64,000 nt of DNA from Sulfolobales archaeon HS-7 (GTDB lineage Archaea; Thermoproteota; Thermoprotei_A; Sulfolobales; Sulfolobaceae). The position numbers were made by a program, and so were the translations under genes. Position 1 is the stretch's first letter, and every line of letters starts with the position of its first letter. Under the pieces are notes generated by a model that ran no database searches, was not told the DNA's origin, and worked only from the letters and a program-made list of their open reading frames with translations. Positions 62,205 to 64,000 of this stretch are shown one piece after another. Location of the stretch: positions 1,568,001 to 1,632,000 of the forward strand of contig AP024596.1 in assembly GCA_019704295.1 (NCBI GenBank). Reading direction: 5' to 3'.

Positions 62205-62921
62205 TCATAGATTTATACTAATTCCTCCACCGCCGAAACCGATACCTTGATTAGATCCTCCACCAGGTGGAACTTGCCTGTAAAGAGTATGTGCGAATTG
62301 TGCGACTGATATGTTGTGCACCCATACCCTTCCTGGACCAGTAATTGTGACGAAGAATAGTCCCTCTCCGCCGAAAAGCATGGACTTTATCCCGCCCACC
62401 CTTTGAATAGTGTAATTCATTCCTGTGTCAAAAGCAAGGAGGTGTCCAGCCTCTATCTGTAGGGTTTGGCCAGGTTGAAGGTTAAATGCGGAAACACCTC
62501 CTTTAGCATGTACGAAAACATTACCGGTACCGGAGAAATACGCTAGTAATATTCCTTCACCTCCGAAAATGCCGGCCAGTAACTTCCCTAGTTTAGCGCT
62601 ATACTGCACTGTAGATTCCGCAAATAGGAACGAAGTATGTTCTACGCTAAGTCCCTGTCCCTGAACTTGAATGGGTATTATCCTCCCCGGGAAATAACTT
62701 GCGAATTCTACAAAACCCGGACCAGTTAACTCCAGGACAAAGAAATCTCCTCCCGTTAAATCCCTTTCTAACGACTTTAGGATCCCTCCTCTAGCCGTAG
62801 TATTAAGCTGTACGTTAGGGTCTTTTAAAATTAAATGTCCTCCCTCTCCCCATACGGTCTCTCCAGGATTTAAAATCACTTTTACGTGTTGCATATCTGC
62901 TCCTAAAATACGATACTCCAT
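62205..62921 (-). CDS. AIM24/TIGR00266-family protein
   Basis: Repeated GGEG motifs, GPGRVW; Gly-rich tail. Confidence 0.85.
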   Translation of the reverse strand: MEYRILGADMQHVKVILNPGETVWGEGGHLILKDPNVQLNTTARGGILKSLERDLTGGDFFVLELTGPGFVEFASYFPGRIIPIQVQGQGLSVEHTSFLFAESTVQYSAKLGKLLAGIFGGEGILLAYFSGTGNVFVHAKGGVSAFNLQPGQTLQIEAGHLLAFDTGMNYTIQRVGGIKSMLFGGEGLFFVTITGPGRVWVHNISVAQFAHTLYRQVPPGGGSNQGIGFGGGGISINL

Positions 62922-63035
62922 ACTTTCTATATTTACTACAACCCTATTAAAAACTTCCTATTGAACCGTATTCAATGATAGTTCTAAGCAAGGTTGAAAA
63001 TTCCAATAATCGCTTGGAAACCGTATAACTCCTAG

Positions 63036-63150
63036 CGAACTGCCCCCATCTTAGGGATACGGCTTCTACTACCTTGCCCAGAGTCGCACACGGACTAAGG
63101 GCATTGCCCAACATTGAACACAAATACATCGTCTTATTCAGAACCATCAA
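63036..63150 (-). mobile_element. Degenerate IS200/IS605 tnpB 3' end and right end
   Basis: Minus strand DDVFVFNV (DRDxxAxxNI-like), then GAAGCCGTATCCCTAAGATGGGGGCAGTTCG. Confidence 0.45.
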
Positions 63151-63552
63151 TTTGGGTTTAGGTCGTGTCAGTCCCCCTCAGCTCTTGGTGAGGCTAATTT
63201 CGTCGAACCTGAGATTAATACCTTTTCTTAAACAAGCGTTTTGAGTACAGGATATTCTTACTCAAGGATAGGATACAACGTCCGCTTTGCTCGTGTAATG
63301 ATAAAGTCCTCTCAGTGAAAATGAATGCCTTCCTAGTGCGTCCCAAGGTTAAGTATACAAAAATTGTAAACATCCCCTGTTATCTCCCTTTCTGCATCGA
63401 AAGGGATTTATTCGATCCCTTGCTATTCGCTTCATGAATACGTAGTTTCAGTCATACAGTATTCAATTTGTCTATGATGCCTATATTTGGAAAATATTAC
63501 CGTGAAATTCATATCCGAAAAATATTATATCTTGTAACGATTAAATACTATT

Positions 63553-63867
63553 ATGAAGAAATGTGAAATGTGTTATGCAGACAATCCGGATGATGCAACC
63601 TATTGTATGATATGTGGATATGATTTCACAGGTTTTCAAACGCAACCTATGCAAGCTAATCAGAATCCTATACCGTTCGCCCAACAGAGCATGAATCAAA
63701 TGTCTCAACAACAAAATTTCCCGCAACCTCAGTTTCAGCAAGGGGGTTTTCAACAATATCAGGGAGGAATTACTTGCCCGCGATGTGGAACGGTAAATCC
63801 GCCCGGTGTGGAAGTTTGTGGCAGCTGTGGCGCAGAACTTAAGAAACATAAACATCATTTCCTATAG
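63553..63867 (+). CDS. Double zinc-ribbon protein with Gln-rich linker
   Basis: CxxC..N..CxxCG at both ends; Q/P/F-rich middle. Confidence 0.82.
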   Translation: MKKCEMCYADNPDDATYCMICGYDFTGFQTQPMQANQNPIPFAQQSMNQMSQQQNFPQPQFQQGGFQQYQGGITCPRCGTVNPPGVEVCGSCGAELKKHKHHFL

Positions 63868-64000
63868 AGCGCTAGTTTTGCAACATCAAAGGAAGCCTTT
63901 CTCATAGGAATTAGAAGACACAAGTCTTTGATTATGTAAATAAATGTTATTTACTTTATTAACTACTTCGATATGTAGGAATTCACCCCACATAATCAGG

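Noticed and set aside
62947-63150. 67-aa ORF
   Set aside because: Overlies an IS-end remnant; no protein features

Overview
Archaeal chromosomal window, most consistent with Sulfolobales (segAB, DPSL, thermopsin-type repeats, leaderless genes with TATA boxes about 30 nt upstream). About 51 kb is a cell-surface glycan island. It holds 19 glycosyltransferase-like genes (10 GT2, 9 GT4; two disrupted, two degenerate but open), a flippase, a polytopic GT-C/polymerase-like protein, a split DUF1616, a DUF4350-like membrane operon, a phosphoesterase, a Tat-exported LamG protein paired with a beta-helix protein, and an NDP-sugar epimerase. Embedded in it are a type IV pilus-like locus (ATPase, TadC, three pilins), a 1300-aa pilin-domain adhesin with a C-terminal hydrophobic region, and the dpsl-Rieske-NRAMP cluster. 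The right end has a wHTH-HExxH pair, segAB, a decayed vapBC, ABC-2/MBL genes, AIM24 and a double zinc-ribbon gene. The most striking observation is in segB: 13 perfect 36-bp repeats, each carrying the reverse complement of the 10-mer that abuts the segA start codon and resembling the known SegB binding site. The partition gene may therefore encode its own centromere-like array. No rRNA, tRNA or CRISPR array was seen. All family assignments are by motif recognition; no searches were run.
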